Source: an uncultured Christensenella sp. (GTDB taxonomy: Bacteria > Bacillota > Clostridia > Christensenellales > UBA1242). Taken from it: a stretch of DNA of 64,000 bases. The stretch lies in the NCBI GenBank assembly GCA_948466185.1, contig CAOJZM010000001.1:86742-150741 (forward strand). Direction: 5' to 3'. The notes under the pieces are model-generated. The model made no database searches, was not told the origin of the DNA, and was given only the letters and a program-made list of their open reading frames with translations. Position numbers and translations under genes: made by a program. Of the stretch, positions 21,827 to 31,155 are shown one piece after another; the stretch's first letter is position 1; each line of letters begins with the position of its first letter.

Positions 21827-22234
21827 TTATCCTTCTTGCTCACATATTTTTTCTATTTCGGCTTTCACAGACTCGAATTCTTCACCTGACGATACAATTC
21901 TATGACGCTCTAATTGCTTAATCAAAGCATCCTTCCCTTCTTCCAATTGTTGTTTTGAGATCTCTTTCTTATTTGCCATTTCTTTTATTTTATGAGCATC
22001 ATTCAATTTTGAATCTATATATTCTCTTTTCACAAACTGGAATACGCCTATACTATTAGTGCATCCAGGATACTTGCAAACATAATCACGCGAATCAAAC
22101 TTCATAATGGAGCCGTCCTTTTCACATTTTATAAAGGCTGGAATTGTATATGTTTCTGTTTTTTCTATGATAACACTTCCAAACCTAAGTCCACCCATTG
22201 GAATTTCAAATTCAGCCATCTCTTTCTCATCCAT
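21827..22234 (-). CDS. hypothetical protein (135 aa)
   Basis: ORF convergent with hisS. It has a Cys-containing N-terminal half and a helical, E/K-rich C-terminal half. I recognise no family. Confidence 0.6.
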   Translation of the reverse strand: MDEKEMAEFEIPMGGLRFGSVIIEKTETYTIPAFIKCEKDGSIMKFDSRDYVCKYPGCTNSIGVFQFVKREYIDSKLNDAHKIKEMANKKEISKQQLEEGKDALIKQLERHRIVSSGEEFESVKAEIEKICEQEG

Positions 22235-22299
22235 ATGTTTTTACACCTTCGTTATCATCATTTTATCACAGTCTATTTACAAAGTCAATTGTAATTTTT

Positions 22300-22328
22300 T
22301 TGTAAAAACAACTATGTTCGTGTATAAT
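22300..22328 (+). promoter_or_regulatory. promoter placed for a leaderless or near-leaderless uvrC mRNA
   Basis: TTGTAA (22300-22305), a 17-nt spacer ending in TG, and TATAAT (22323-22328). The uvrC ATG lies only 6 nt further on, and no SD is present. Confidence 0.45.
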
Positions 22329-22334
22329 ATAGAT

Positions 22335-24146
22335 ATGAACAACCGCATTCAAGAGAAATTAAAACTTCTTCCAAGAAAAAGTGGCGTATACATCATGAAA
22401 GATGAAAACAGCACTGTTATTTATGTTGGAAAGGCAAAGGTGCTTAAAAACCGGGTCAGCCAATATTTCCAAAACTCACCTAAGCCCAGCAAAGTGCAAG
22501 CCATGGTGGACAGCATTGACGACTTTGAATATTTCATCACCATATCTGAAATGGATGCTCTTGCTCTTGAAAGCAACTTAATCAAAAAATATCAACCCTT
22601 TTACAACATCCTCCTCAAAGATGGCAAGCAGTTTCCATATATTAAAATCAACATGAAGGAACCATTTCCAAAGCTCGAAATAGTGAGAAAGGTTAAAGCA
22701 GATGGGGCAAAATACTTTGGACCTTACTTTGCCGGTATCGACATACGTGAAATCGTCAAAACAATCAATGCGGCATTCCGACTTCGCACCTGCAATCAGA
22801 AGATATCAAACTCGTCTATCGCAAAAAGAGAATGCCTTAACTATTCGCTTGGCTTATGCTCTGCACCCTGCACAAAAAAGATTACAAGCGAGGAATATCA
22901 TAAAGAACTAACTCGCGTTATCAATTTCCTGAATGGTAATGACGATGAAATTGAAGCCATCTTGCAACAAAAAATGGAAAATGCGGCAAAGAATGAAAAT
23001 TTTGAAAATGCACTTATATACCGCGACCGCTTGAAAATGGTTTCAAAATTAAAACAACGTATTGTGGCCAACCTTCCCAAAAATGTTAATAAAGATGTAT
23101 TTGCATATCAAACCAACGGGCTTTCGGGCGTTATCACAAGCATGGTTGTGCGTGGCGGTAAAATACTGGGTGTTATGAATTACGCCTATAACGATGCCGA
23201 ACTTGAAGAAAGTGAAACCTTATTCAATTTCCTTATTCAATATTATCAAAATGTTCTTATCCCAGACGATATTATATTAAGCCACGAAATTGACAAGGAT
23301 TTACTGACGGCATATCTAGGCAAAAAAACAAACATTATATCCAATCCTCACGGGATAAACAAAACCCTTCTTGATATGGCAAAAGACAATGCAAGTGACT
23401 ATCTTGAGAAACACATTGAAAAAGAAAAAATCAGATATAACAACACTCTTGGGGCGCTTAAACTGCTTAAAGAAAAGTTGAACTTGACAAACTTTCCACA
23501 TCGTATGGAGTGCTATGATATTTCAAACATCAGTGGCACAAACAAGACCTGCTCTATGGTTGTGTTTATAAACGGTGAGCCGTCTAAGCGCAACTATCGT
23601 AAATTTAAAATTAAAACAGTAAAAGGCTCGAACGACTTTGCTTCCCTGCAAGAAGCATTAACAAGACGCTTTACAAGACTCAAAAATCAAGATGGCGAAA
23701 GTTTTAAAGAAAAACCCGACCTTCTCATTATTGATGGAGGCAAAGGGCAGCTTTCTGCATGTTACGAGGTGCTGCAAGAAAGCGGTTTGCAAGGAATCGA
23801 CATGATAAGTCTTGCAAAAAGGATTGAAGAGGTTTTTAAACCGGGCAGTTCAACACCTACACTATTAAAACCGGGCAGCGTGGAACTGCGTATGCTTCAA
23901 AGAATACGTGACGAAGCACATAGGTTTACAATCACCTTCCATAGAAACATCAGAACAAAACAGCAAACACACAGCGCACTTGACGATATTGCAGGCGTTG
24001 GCGAAGTTAAGGCAAAGGCCCTGCTAAACGCTTTTGGTACTTCTGAAAATATTAAAAATGCAAGCATAGAAGAATTACAGTGTGTTAAAGGTATACATCT
24101 CGCTCTTGCTGAACAGATTTACAATCATTTTCATAAAGAAAGGTAA
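22335..24146 (+). CDS. uvrC: excinuclease ABC subunit C
   Basis: MNNRIQEKLKLLPRKSGVYIMKD...VIYVGKAKVLKNRVSQYF (GIY-YIG domain), a UVR domain, an endonuclease domain and a C-terminal (HhH)2. I set the start at the conserved UvrC N-terminus rather than the upstream ORF-track start at 22107. Confidence 0.93.
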   Translation: MNNRIQEKLKLLPRKSGVYIMKDENSTVIYVGKAKVLKNRVSQYFQNSPKPSKVQAMVDSIDDFEYFITISEMDALALESNLIKKYQPFYNILLKDGKQFPYIKINMKEPFPKLEIVRKVKADGAKYFGPYFAGIDIREIVKTINAAFRLRTCNQKISNSSIAKRECLNYSLGLCSAPCTKKITSEEYHKELTRVINFLNGNDDEIEAILQQKMENAAKNENFENALIYRDRLKMVSKLKQRIVANLPKNVNKDVFAYQTNGLSGVITSMVVRGGKILGVMNYAYNDAELEESETLFNFLIQYYQNVLIPDDIILSHEIDKDLLTAYLGKKTNIISNPHGINKTLLDMAKDNASDYLEKHIEKEKIRYNNTLGALKLLKEKLNLTNFPHRMECYDISNISGTNKTCSMVVFINGEPSKRNYRKFKIKTVKGSNDFASLQEALTRRFTRLKNQDGESFKEKPDLLIIDGGKGQLSACYEVLQESGLQGIDMISLAKRIEEVFKPGSSTPTLLKPGSVELRMLQRIRDEAHRFTITFHRNIRTKQQTHSALDDIAGVGEVKAKALLNAFGTSENIKNASIEELQCVKGIHLALAEQIYNHFHKER

Positions 24147-24213
24147 ATATTTGTTTATTTATTTTGAAAAAGTAAAAAATTGGGATACAATATATATGGA
24201 GGAAATTTAAAAT

Positions 24214-25353
24214 ATGAAAAAAATTACTATGGTTCAATACGGTTGCGGAAAAATGAGCAAATACACCATGAGATATGCACTTGATAAAGGTGTTAAACTT
24301 GTTGGTGCATTTGATATTGATGAGAAGAAAATTGGTCAAGATGCTGGACTTTTACACGGCGAAAAGAAATACAATGTGAAGGTACAAAATGCCAAAGATT
24401 TTGAAACATTTTTACAATCACATGAAGTGGATGTTGCTATTGTTACAACCACAAGTTTGGTCGGCGAACTTGAAGATGTGCTGACAATCTGTGCAAGAAA
24501 TGGAGTGAACGCCATCACAACATGTGAAGAGGCATTCTACCCACAAAACAGTAATCCAAAAATTTTCAACAAAATTGACAAGCTTGCCCTTGAAAATGGT
24601 GCAACAATCTGTGGAAGTGGATACCAAGATGTGTTCTGGGGTAACCTTATCAGCGTTCTTGCAGGAGCAACCCATAAAATCACAAAGATTATTGGGAAAT
24701 CAAGTTATAACGTTGAAGACTACGGCATTGCACTTGCAAAGGTGCATGGTGCTGGCCTTACCAAAAAGAAATTTCAAGAGGAAATTGCATCTCTCGACAA
24801 CATCACAGAAACTGAACGCAAAAAACTTATTGCAAAAGGAGAATTTGCCCCAAGTTATATGTGGAATGTCAATGGCTGGCTTGCAAGCAAACTCGGCTTG
24901 CATGTAACAAAACAGGTGCAAGAATGCGTTCCACAAATTGCAAAACAAGACCTAAACAGTGAAACACTTGGAATGGTGATCCCAAAAGGTAGATGCACTG
25001 GTATGAGTGCTATTGTAACCACCGAAACAAAGGAAGGTATCACAATTCAAAGCGAATGTATTGGCAAGGTGTATGACAAAGATGAGTTTGACTGCAACGA
25101 TTGGAAAATCGTAGGAGAACCGAACACTGAAGTCATCATAAATCGCCCTTCAACAGTTGAACTTACCTGTGCAAGTGTTATCAACAGAATCCCTGAAGTG
25201 CTTTGTGCCCCTGCCGGATTTTTTACCACAGATATGATGCCAGAAAATTATTACAAGGCATTCAACCTTGACAAATATGTTGAAGAGGTGCCATGTGATT
25301 GCGGTTGCGGACATGATGGTTGTGAACATGACCATTGTCATGGCAAATGCTAA
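24214..25353 (+). CDS. Rossmann-fold oxidoreductase, DapB/2,4-diaminopentanoate dehydrogenase (Ord)-like, with a Cys/His-rich C-terminal tail
   Basis: The N-terminus ITMVQYGCGKMSKYTMRYALDKGVKLVGAFDIDEKKIGQDAG resembles Ord/amine-dehydrogenase family N-termini. The last 20 residues are PCDCGCGHDGCEHDHCHGKC. Confidence 0.5.
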   Translation: MKKITMVQYGCGKMSKYTMRYALDKGVKLVGAFDIDEKKIGQDAGLLHGEKKYNVKVQNAKDFETFLQSHEVDVAIVTTTSLVGELEDVLTICARNGVNAITTCEEAFYPQNSNPKIFNKIDKLALENGATICGSGYQDVFWGNLISVLAGATHKITKIIGKSSYNVEDYGIALAKVHGAGLTKKKFQEEIASLDNITETERKKLIAKGEFAPSYMWNVNGWLASKLGLHVTKQVQECVPQIAKQDLNSETLGMVIPKGRCTGMSAIVTTETKEGITIQSECIGKVYDKDEFDCNDWKIVGEPNTEVIINRPSTVELTCASVINRIPEVLCAPAGFFTTDMMPENYYKAFNLDKYVEEVPCDCGCGHDGCEHDHCHGKC

Positions 25354-25363
25354 AAATTAAAAT

Positions 25364-25392
25364 AAAGAGCCGGTATTAACTGGCTCTTTTTA
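25364..25392 (+). terminator. rho-independent terminator
   Basis: AGAGCC...GGCTCT stem followed by TTTTT. Confidence 0.7.
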
Positions 25393-25447
25393 TATTGACT
25401 TTATTTAGCTGACATTTTATAATATAAATTACATGGGAGAAGTCTTT

Positions 25448-26089
25448 ATGAAGGGCATTTTTATTACTTTTGAAGGTGGAGAAGCCTGTGGCAAAACCAC
25501 TCAGCTGAAATTATTGCAACAATATTTTAAAGAAAAAGGGACAGATGCTTTATTTGTCCGAGAACCTGGCGGAACAGCCCTCGGAGAAAGTGTTAGACAT
25601 TTGCTTTTAACAAATGAAGATATTCAAATGTGCGGAAAAACCGAATTGCTGCTTTTTATGGCTTCCCGCACAGAACTATATGAAAAAACAATTAAACCAG
25701 CATTAGATGCGGGCAGGATTGTTGTGGCAGACCGATACTATGACTCCACTGTTGCATATCAAGGAAGTGCAAGGGGCGTCATGGATATGGAGGACGTTCT
25801 TTCCCTCAATCTCAAATTTCTTGATGGCTTGAAACCAGATCTTACAGTTTATTTAAAAATAGCCCCTAAAGAAGCATTTTTAAGAAAAGAGAATATGCCC
25901 CTTGACAAAATGGAACGAGAAGGACTCACCTTTCACCAAAAAGTAGCCGATGGTTATGACTACATGGTACAAAAACATCCAGACCGCTTCATTGTTATTG
26001 ATGCAACCCAGTCAATTGAAGACATTCACAAGCAAATAGTAACCGCAGTTGAAAAGCTGGCAACCAAGAGTCAAGAATCAGAAAATTAA
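25448..26089 (+). CDS. tmk: thymidylate kinase
   Basis: MKGIFITFEGGEACGKTTQ P-loop, DRYYDST and a LID region. I chose the start at the ATG preceded by GGGAGAAG rather than the ORF-track start at 25433. Confidence 0.92.
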   Translation: MKGIFITFEGGEACGKTTQLKLLQQYFKEKGTDALFVREPGGTALGESVRHLLLTNEDIQMCGKTELLLFMASRTELYEKTIKPALDAGRIVVADRYYDSTVAYQGSARGVMDMEDVLSLNLKFLDGLKPDLTVYLKIAPKEAFLRKENMPLDKMEREGLTFHQKVADGYDYMVQKHPDRFIVIDATQSIEDIHKQIVTAVEKLATKSQESEN

Positions 26090-26118
26090 AAAAGCATATC
26101 AATATGATATGCTTTTTT
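26088..26118. terminator. bidirectional terminator between tmk and ppdK
   Basis: GCATATC-AATAT-GATATGC stem-loop flanked by an A-run and a T-run. Confidence 0.8.
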
Positions 26119-26125
26119 AATATTA

Positions 26126-28753
26126 TTATTTTCTTGGATTTTTGATGTTTGCTTGTGCTGCAGCAAGACGTGCAATTGGCACTCTGTATGGAGAACAAGA
26201 AACATATGTGAGCCCAACATTGTGGCAGAACTCAACAGATGCAGGATCTCCACCATGTTCACCACAGATTCCGAGTTTGATATCTGGGCGAGCACTTCTT
26301 CCAAGTTCAGCAGCCATCTTAACAAGTTTACCAACGCCATTTTGGTCAAGTCTAGCAAATGGATCAGACTCGAAAATCTTCTTAGTATAGTAAACGTCAA
26401 GGAATTTACCAGCATCGTCACGACTGAAGCCATAAGTCATTTGAGTAAGGTCGTTTGTACCAAATGAGAAGAACTCAGCATGCTCAGCAATTTGATCAGC
26501 TGTTACAGCAGCACGTGGAATTTCAATCATTGTTCCAATCTTATAGTGCATGTCAGCACCCTTCTTTGCAATGACTTCATCCGCCTTCTTAGCAACGATA
26601 TCACGAACATACTTAAATTCCTTACTATCGCAGGAAAGTGGAATCATGATTTCTGGAACGATTGCATAGCCCTCCGCTTTGCTCACTTCGATAGCAGCTT
26701 CGATAACCGCTTGTGTTTGCATTTCTGCAATTTCTGGATATGTTACAGCAAGTCTAAGTCCACGATGTCCCATCATTGGATTGAATTCATGAAGGTCAGA
26801 CACAGTTTGTTTAAGTCTATCAAAAGTGATACCCATTTCTTTTGCAAGCACTTTGATTTCAGCATCATCATGAGGTAAGAACTCATGAAGTGGTGGGTCA
26901 AGGAATCTTATTGTAACGGCCTTGCCCTTCATTGCCTTGTAAATACCTTTAAAGTCCTTCTTTTGCATTGGAAGAATCTTGGCAAGAGCCTTCTTTCTCT
27001 CTTCAACAGAAACAGAAACAATCATTTCTCTCACTGCCATAATTCTGTCAGCCTCAAAGAACATATGTTCTGTTCTGCAAAGTCCAACACCCTCTGCACC
27101 AAAATCAAATGCAGTCTTAGCATCTTTTGGATTATCAGCGTTTGTACGCACCTGAAGTTTGCGATACTTATCAGCCCACTCCATAATAGTTGCAAATTCA
27201 CCAGAAATTTTGGCTGGCTCAGTTTGAACTTCGCCATCATAGATTTTACCAGTAGAACCGTCAAAAGAGATTAAATCCCCTTCTTTATATTTTTTGCCAT
27301 TTAAAGTGAATGATTTTTCATCAGCGGCAAATTTGATTGCACTGCAACCTGCAACGCAAGCAGTACCCATACCACGTGCAACAACAGCGGCGTGAGAAGT
27401 CATACCACCACGAGCGGTAAGAATACCTTGGCTGGCAGCCATACCTTCAATATCCTCAGGAGAGGTTTCAAGACGAACAAGCACCACCTTGCCATTTTTG
27501 CCTCCCTGCTCTTTTGCCTTTTCAGCTGTAAAAACAATCTTACCACAAGCGGCACCAGGAGATGCTGGAAGTGCTTCTGCGATAACTTTCGCTTTCTTTA
27601 ATGAAGCAGCCTCAAATTGTGGGTGAAGAAGAGCATCCAATTGTTTAGGGTCAAGCATTAAGAGTGCTTCTTTTTCAGTGATTAATTTTTCTTTAACAAG
27701 GTCAACAGCAACCTTTAATGCGGCCTTAGCGGTACGTTTACCATTTCTTGTTTGAAGCATATAGAGTTTACCTTTTTCGATTGTGAACTCCATGTCTTGC
27801 ATATCTTTGTTGTGTTTTTCAAGTTTCTTAGTAATATCAACAAATTGTTTGTAAATCTTTGGATTTTGTTCTTCAAGAGTGGAAATTGGAAGAGGTGTTC
27901 TGATACCAGCAACAACGTCCTCACCTTGAGCGTTCATAAGATATTCGCCATAGAGCTTGTTTTCGCCGGTAGATGGGTTACGAGAGAAAGCAACACCAGT
28001 ACCACTGTCATCACCCATATTTCCAAACACCATGCATTGAACGTTTACTGCAGTACCCCAATCGTATGGAATGTCGTGCATTCTTCTGTAAACATTTGCT
28101 CTATCGTTATCCCAAGAACGGAATACAGCCTTAACAGCTTCGATAAGTTGAGTGCGAGGTTCTTGTGGGAATTCTTCGCCTTGTGATTTCTTATATAAAT
28201 CCTTGAAAAGTTTAACGATTTCTTTCAAATCCTCTGCTGTAAGGTCTTTATCAAATTGAACTTTTTTCTTGTCTTTGATTTGGTCTAAGATTCTTTCATA
28301 CTTAGATTTATCTTGTTGCATAACAACATCACTGAACATTTGAATAAAACGTCTGTAAGAATCATATGCGAATCTTGGATTTCCAGTTAAAGCTGCAAGC
28401 CCTTCAACAACTTCGTCATTAAGACCAAGGTTAAGAATGGTATCCATCATACCCGGCATAGACACTCTTGCACCAGAACGTACTGAAACAAGAAGAGGGT
28501 TTTCTACATTGCCAAATTTCTTTCCTGAAACTTTTTCAAGAACTTCAAGATTTTTTTCAATTTGAGCAATTATTGTATCGTTGATTTTTCTTCCATCTTT
28601 GTAGTATTGAGTACAAGCCTCTGTGGTGATGATAAACCCTTGAGGAACAGGAAGTCCAAGACGAGTCATCTCTGCAAGATTTGCACCTTTTCCACCGTAG
28701 AGTGCTTTGTTTTTTCCGTCAGCTTCTTTGAAAGCGTAAACAAATTTTTTCAT
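26126..28753 (-). CDS. ppdK: pyruvate, phosphate dikinase
   Basis: MKKFVYAFKEADGKNKALYGGKGANLAEMTRLGLPVPQGFIITTEAC, the phospho-His region (GGMTSHAAVVARGMG) and a PEP-utilising C-terminal TIM domain. The start is set at the ATG with the AAAAGGAGAAG RBS. The ORF-track start at 28885 adds 44 implausible residues. Confidence 0.95.
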   Translation of the reverse strand: MKKFVYAFKEADGKNKALYGGKGANLAEMTRLGLPVPQGFIITTEACTQYYKDGRKINDTIIAQIEKNLEVLEKVSGKKFGNVENPLLVSVRSGARVSMPGMMDTILNLGLNDEVVEGLAALTGNPRFAYDSYRRFIQMFSDVVMQQDKSKYERILDQIKDKKKVQFDKDLTAEDLKEIVKLFKDLYKKSQGEEFPQEPRTQLIEAVKAVFRSWDNDRANVYRRMHDIPYDWGTAVNVQCMVFGNMGDDSGTGVAFSRNPSTGENKLYGEYLMNAQGEDVVAGIRTPLPISTLEEQNPKIYKQFVDITKKLEKHNKDMQDMEFTIEKGKLYMLQTRNGKRTAKAALKVAVDLVKEKLITEKEALLMLDPKQLDALLHPQFEAASLKKAKVIAEALPASPGAACGKIVFTAEKAKEQGGKNGKVVLVRLETSPEDIEGMAASQGILTARGGMTSHAAVVARGMGTACVAGCSAIKFAADEKSFTLNGKKYKEGDLISFDGSTGKIYDGEVQTEPAKISGEFATIMEWADKYRKLQVRTNADNPKDAKTAFDFGAEGVGLCRTEHMFFEADRIMAVREMIVSVSVEERKKALAKILPMQKKDFKGIYKAMKGKAVTIRFLDPPLHEFLPHDDAEIKVLAKEMGITFDRLKQTVSDLHEFNPMMGHRGLRLAVTYPEIAEMQTQAVIEAAIEVSKAEGYAIVPEIMIPLSCDSKEFKYVRDIVAKKADEVIAKKGADMHYKIGTMIEIPRAAVTADQIAEHAEFFSFGTNDLTQMTYGFSRDDAGKFLDVYYTKKIFESDPFARLDQNGVGKLVKMAAELGRSARPDIKLGICGEHGGDPASVEFCHNVGLTYVSCSPYRVPIARLAAAQANIKNPRK

Positions 28754-28796
28754 AAATTCTTCTCCTTTTTTATTACATGATAAGTATAATAAAAAT

Positions 28797-28824
28797 AAAA
28801 AAAATACGCAAATGAATTGCGTAT
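28797..28824 (-). terminator. rho-independent terminator after the SAM methyltransferase gene
   Basis: On the minus strand, ATACGCAA-TTCAT-TTGCGTAT followed by T7. Confidence 0.7.
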
Positions 28825-28839
28825 GAAAATCGTTAATTT

Positions 28840-29532
28840 TTATTTTTTCGTGCCGCTCCAAATGGCCAAAAATTCTTTTTTCCAATATAGTTTTAAATCT
28901 TTCAATCCTGCATTTTCTAATAAGTCAAAATTGTCTTTTAAAGCAACAGGATCGTCTTCTTCTGCAAGCAAATCTAGCCAGTTTTGCGTTGCCTCAGCAG
29001 AATAAGTTTTTAAAAGCCATTGCTTTTGAAAATTATAAAAATGCTCAATTTCCTTTTTATTAATTCCTTTTAATATATCACAAGTTATATATTGTCCGCC
29101 AGTTTTGAGATGTTGCATAACATTTTTTAATGCCCTTTGTTTTTCACTCATGCCATGAATATTATGTATACCAAAACTTGAAACAATTAAATCAAAATCT
29201 CCCGATAATTTTGCCATTTTCTTGTCATCAAGCAAATCACTTATAAAAAATTTACAATCATAATTCTTCATTCGAGCCTTAGCAACGTCCACCATACCAG
29301 TTGAAAAATCAACGCCAGTAAAATTTGCATTAGGAAAACTTTTTGCAACTTTTTCTGTTAAGATACCTGTGCCACAACATACATCTAAAATCGCAATATT
29401 TTTGTCATTTGTTTTTATGTTTTTAACAAGTTGTTCTAAAGCTTCATCAAAATAAATATTTACAGCTCTGCTGGTAAAATCATACTCTTTTGCTTCATTG
29501 TCAAAAGTCTCTTTTATATCCATTTTTTTCAT
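28840..29532 (-). CDS. class I SAM-dependent methyltransferase
   Basis: Motif I ILDVCCGTGILTE and post-I FTGVDFSTGMV, within 230 aa. Confidence 0.8.
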   Translation of the reverse strand: MKKMDIKETFDNEAKEYDFTSRAVNIYFDEALEQLVKNIKTNDKNIAILDVCCGTGILTEKVAKSFPNANFTGVDFSTGMVDVAKARMKNYDCKFFISDLLDDKKMAKLSGDFDLIVSSFGIHNIHGMSEKQRALKNVMQHLKTGGQYITCDILKGINKKEIEHFYNFQKQWLLKTYSAEATQNWLDLLAEEDDPVALKDNFDLLENAGLKDLKLYWKKEFLAIWSGTKK

Positions 29533-30105
29533 CTAAAATGCCGTCCTTATTTCGCTTATCACAACGTTCTCTTTTCTTATGCCAAGTTTGCAAGAATAAA
29601 CGCCAAACTCAACAATCACATCATAAAGTTCATGCTCGGCAATGTAACCGGCAATCTTTGAAAAACCCGGGATTCTCCACACCCTATCTTCATCAAGTGA
29701 AGCATGAATATTGTATTCTGGATTTTCATAAATATTGCGATTTGTTGCTTCACTATCTGTGCGGGCTGTCAAATCCACCGTCCCGCCGCCATAACCTTTA
29801 TTGCTTATCTTGATATCCCCGACAAGAACGATGTCTTCTTTATAAGGCCGATAAGAAACATCGATCGTAACTTGCTCTTTAAACTTAGGCAGAAGTTTCT
29901 CTGCCTCTTCATAGTCTTTCACAAAATAGAACTTGGCTTTTGCTCGGTTAGGATTGCGAAGCACGTATTCCTCCGCTTTATACTTTTCAAAAAACTTTTT
30001 TATCTGCTCCTTATCTGTTACGTTGAAAACGTCTAATGGAAAATAGTTAAGCCTCAATTCTTTAAGTTTATTGATTGCGTCTTTTTTGTCTTTTACTTTA
30101 ATCAT
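29533..30105 (-). CDS. hypothetical protein (190 aa)
   Basis: The start is set at MIKVKDKKDAINKL, which has an AGGAAGGAG RBS. Its stop directly abuts the methyltransferase start. I recognise no family. Confidence 0.65.
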   Translation of the reverse strand: MIKVKDKKDAINKLKELRLNYFPLDVFNVTDKEQIKKFFEKYKAEEYVLRNPNRAKAKFYFVKDYEEAEKLLPKFKEQVTIDVSYRPYKEDIVLVGDIKISNKGYGGGTVDLTARTDSEATNRNIYENPEYNIHASLDEDRVWRIPGFSKIAGYIAEHELYDVIVEFGVYSCKLGIRKENVVISEIRTAF

Positions 30106-30173
30106 ACTCCTTCCTCTTGTTTTTATTTTAACACAAAAACAAATAAATAAAAACAAAAAAAGGAGGGGGCGCC

Positions 30174-30811
30174 TCACTTCTTTTGAAATTTTCCGTCTTT
30201 CTTGTGTACCACAAACCCTACATCCTTGCTTTCGCTAAGCTCTTTCACCCGTTTGAGTGCTTCTTCTTTGGTAGGCTTGCTGTCAATAACTCTTTTTGCT
30301 CCGTCCTTTTTAATCTTCCATTGGCGATCAGATTTATCGTACACAACCCTATAGAGTCCTTGTTTAACCTCTACTTCATTTTCTACTTTTTTTTTGCAGT
30401 TGTTTTGGTTGCAGGTTTTTTCTCAGCAGTTGTCTTTTTTGCAGTTGTCTTTTTTACTTCAACTTTCTTTTCTGCTGGTTGTGCGTCTACTGCTTTTTTT
30501 GTTGTCTTAACTTCTTTTTTAGCTTCAACCTTTTTTGCAGGAGCAGCCTTAACCTGTTTCTTTGGTTCTGCTTTTACAGTAGCCTTTTTAGGCTCTGCTT
30601 TTTTAGCAGGTGCTTTTGCTGTTGTTGTTTTCTTAACAGGCTCCTTCTTTGTTGAAGGTTTTGCAGCTGGCTTCTTTGCCGGTGTTTTCTTTGCCGGCTT
30701 TTCTTCAATAACCGGTTCAGCTTTAACTTATTTGGCTGCTTCAACCTTTTTTGCTTCTGCTGCTTTTGTTTCTTGTTCTTTTAACTTTTTCTTTCTATTC
30801 CAAAAAAACAT
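30174..30811 (-). pseudogene. Lys/Ala-rich protein with a C-terminal DUF2188-like domain, interrupted by an in-frame TAA and a frame change at a 9-nt homopolymer
   Basis: The minus-strand ATG at 30811 has a GAGGTG RBS and gives MFFWNRKKKLKEQETKAAEAKKVEAAK. An in-frame TAA (30730-30728) follows. The same frame then continues for ~114 codons of AKK/PAKK-type low complexity up to GCA-AAA-AAA-AAG-TAG (A9 = plus-strand T-run 30387-30395). The -1 frame then encodes VENEVEVKQGLYRVVYDKSDRQWKIKKDGAKRVIDSKPTKEEALKRVKELSESKDVGFVVHKKDGKFQKK, ending at the stop 30176-30174. Confidence 0.6.
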
Positions 30812-31057
30812 AATTTCACCTCTTGATTGTGATTATACCACCCTCGACAAAATAAAGCAAATTTTTTGAATGACTTTTTAATTATTTTATATATAAAACA
30901 ACAAAAACTTTAGAATAATTTATTTTGTTTGATTAAATATAAAAAATTTTTAAAAAAACATTTACTTTAAATAAATTATTTGTTATAATATATTTTGTAT
31001 CAAGACAAGCCATAAACGGATGTTGATACAAGGAGTGCCCGCTCCTTAACGGGTTGT

Positions 31058-31134
31058 GCGTTGCTAGCTCAGCTGGATAGAGCGTCTGTCTACGGAACAG
31101 AAGGTCAGGGGTTCGAATCCCTTGCGACGCACCA
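31058..31134 (+). tRNA. tRNA-Arg (anticodon ACG)
   Basis: 77 nt. Acceptor stem GCGTTGC/GCGACGC, D-arm GCTCAGCTGGATAGAGC, anticodon arm TCTGT-CTACGGA-ACAGA, T-arm AGGGG-TTCGAAT-CCCTT, and an encoded CCA. Confidence 0.93.
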
Positions 31135-31155
31135 AATATTATAATATCTTATTTG

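Noticed and set aside
22107-22334. The N-terminal extension of the uvrC ORF in the track, and similar 5' extensions for ppdK (28754-28885), nrdG (59098-59235), rsmH, the ABC-F gene, the first YugP-like gene and the 190-aa ORF.
   Set aside because: The extensions overlap neighbouring genes or promoters and encode hydrophobic junk. They also precede the conserved family N-termini, which have their own RBS or promoter.
30183-30869. 228-aa plus-strand ORF (TTG start), extremely rich in F, A and V.
   Set aside because: It is the antisense mirror of the Lys/Ala-rich coding sequence on the minus strand (AAA/GCA codons read backwards as TTT/TGC). The minus strand has the RBS, the ATG and a recognisable C-terminal domain.
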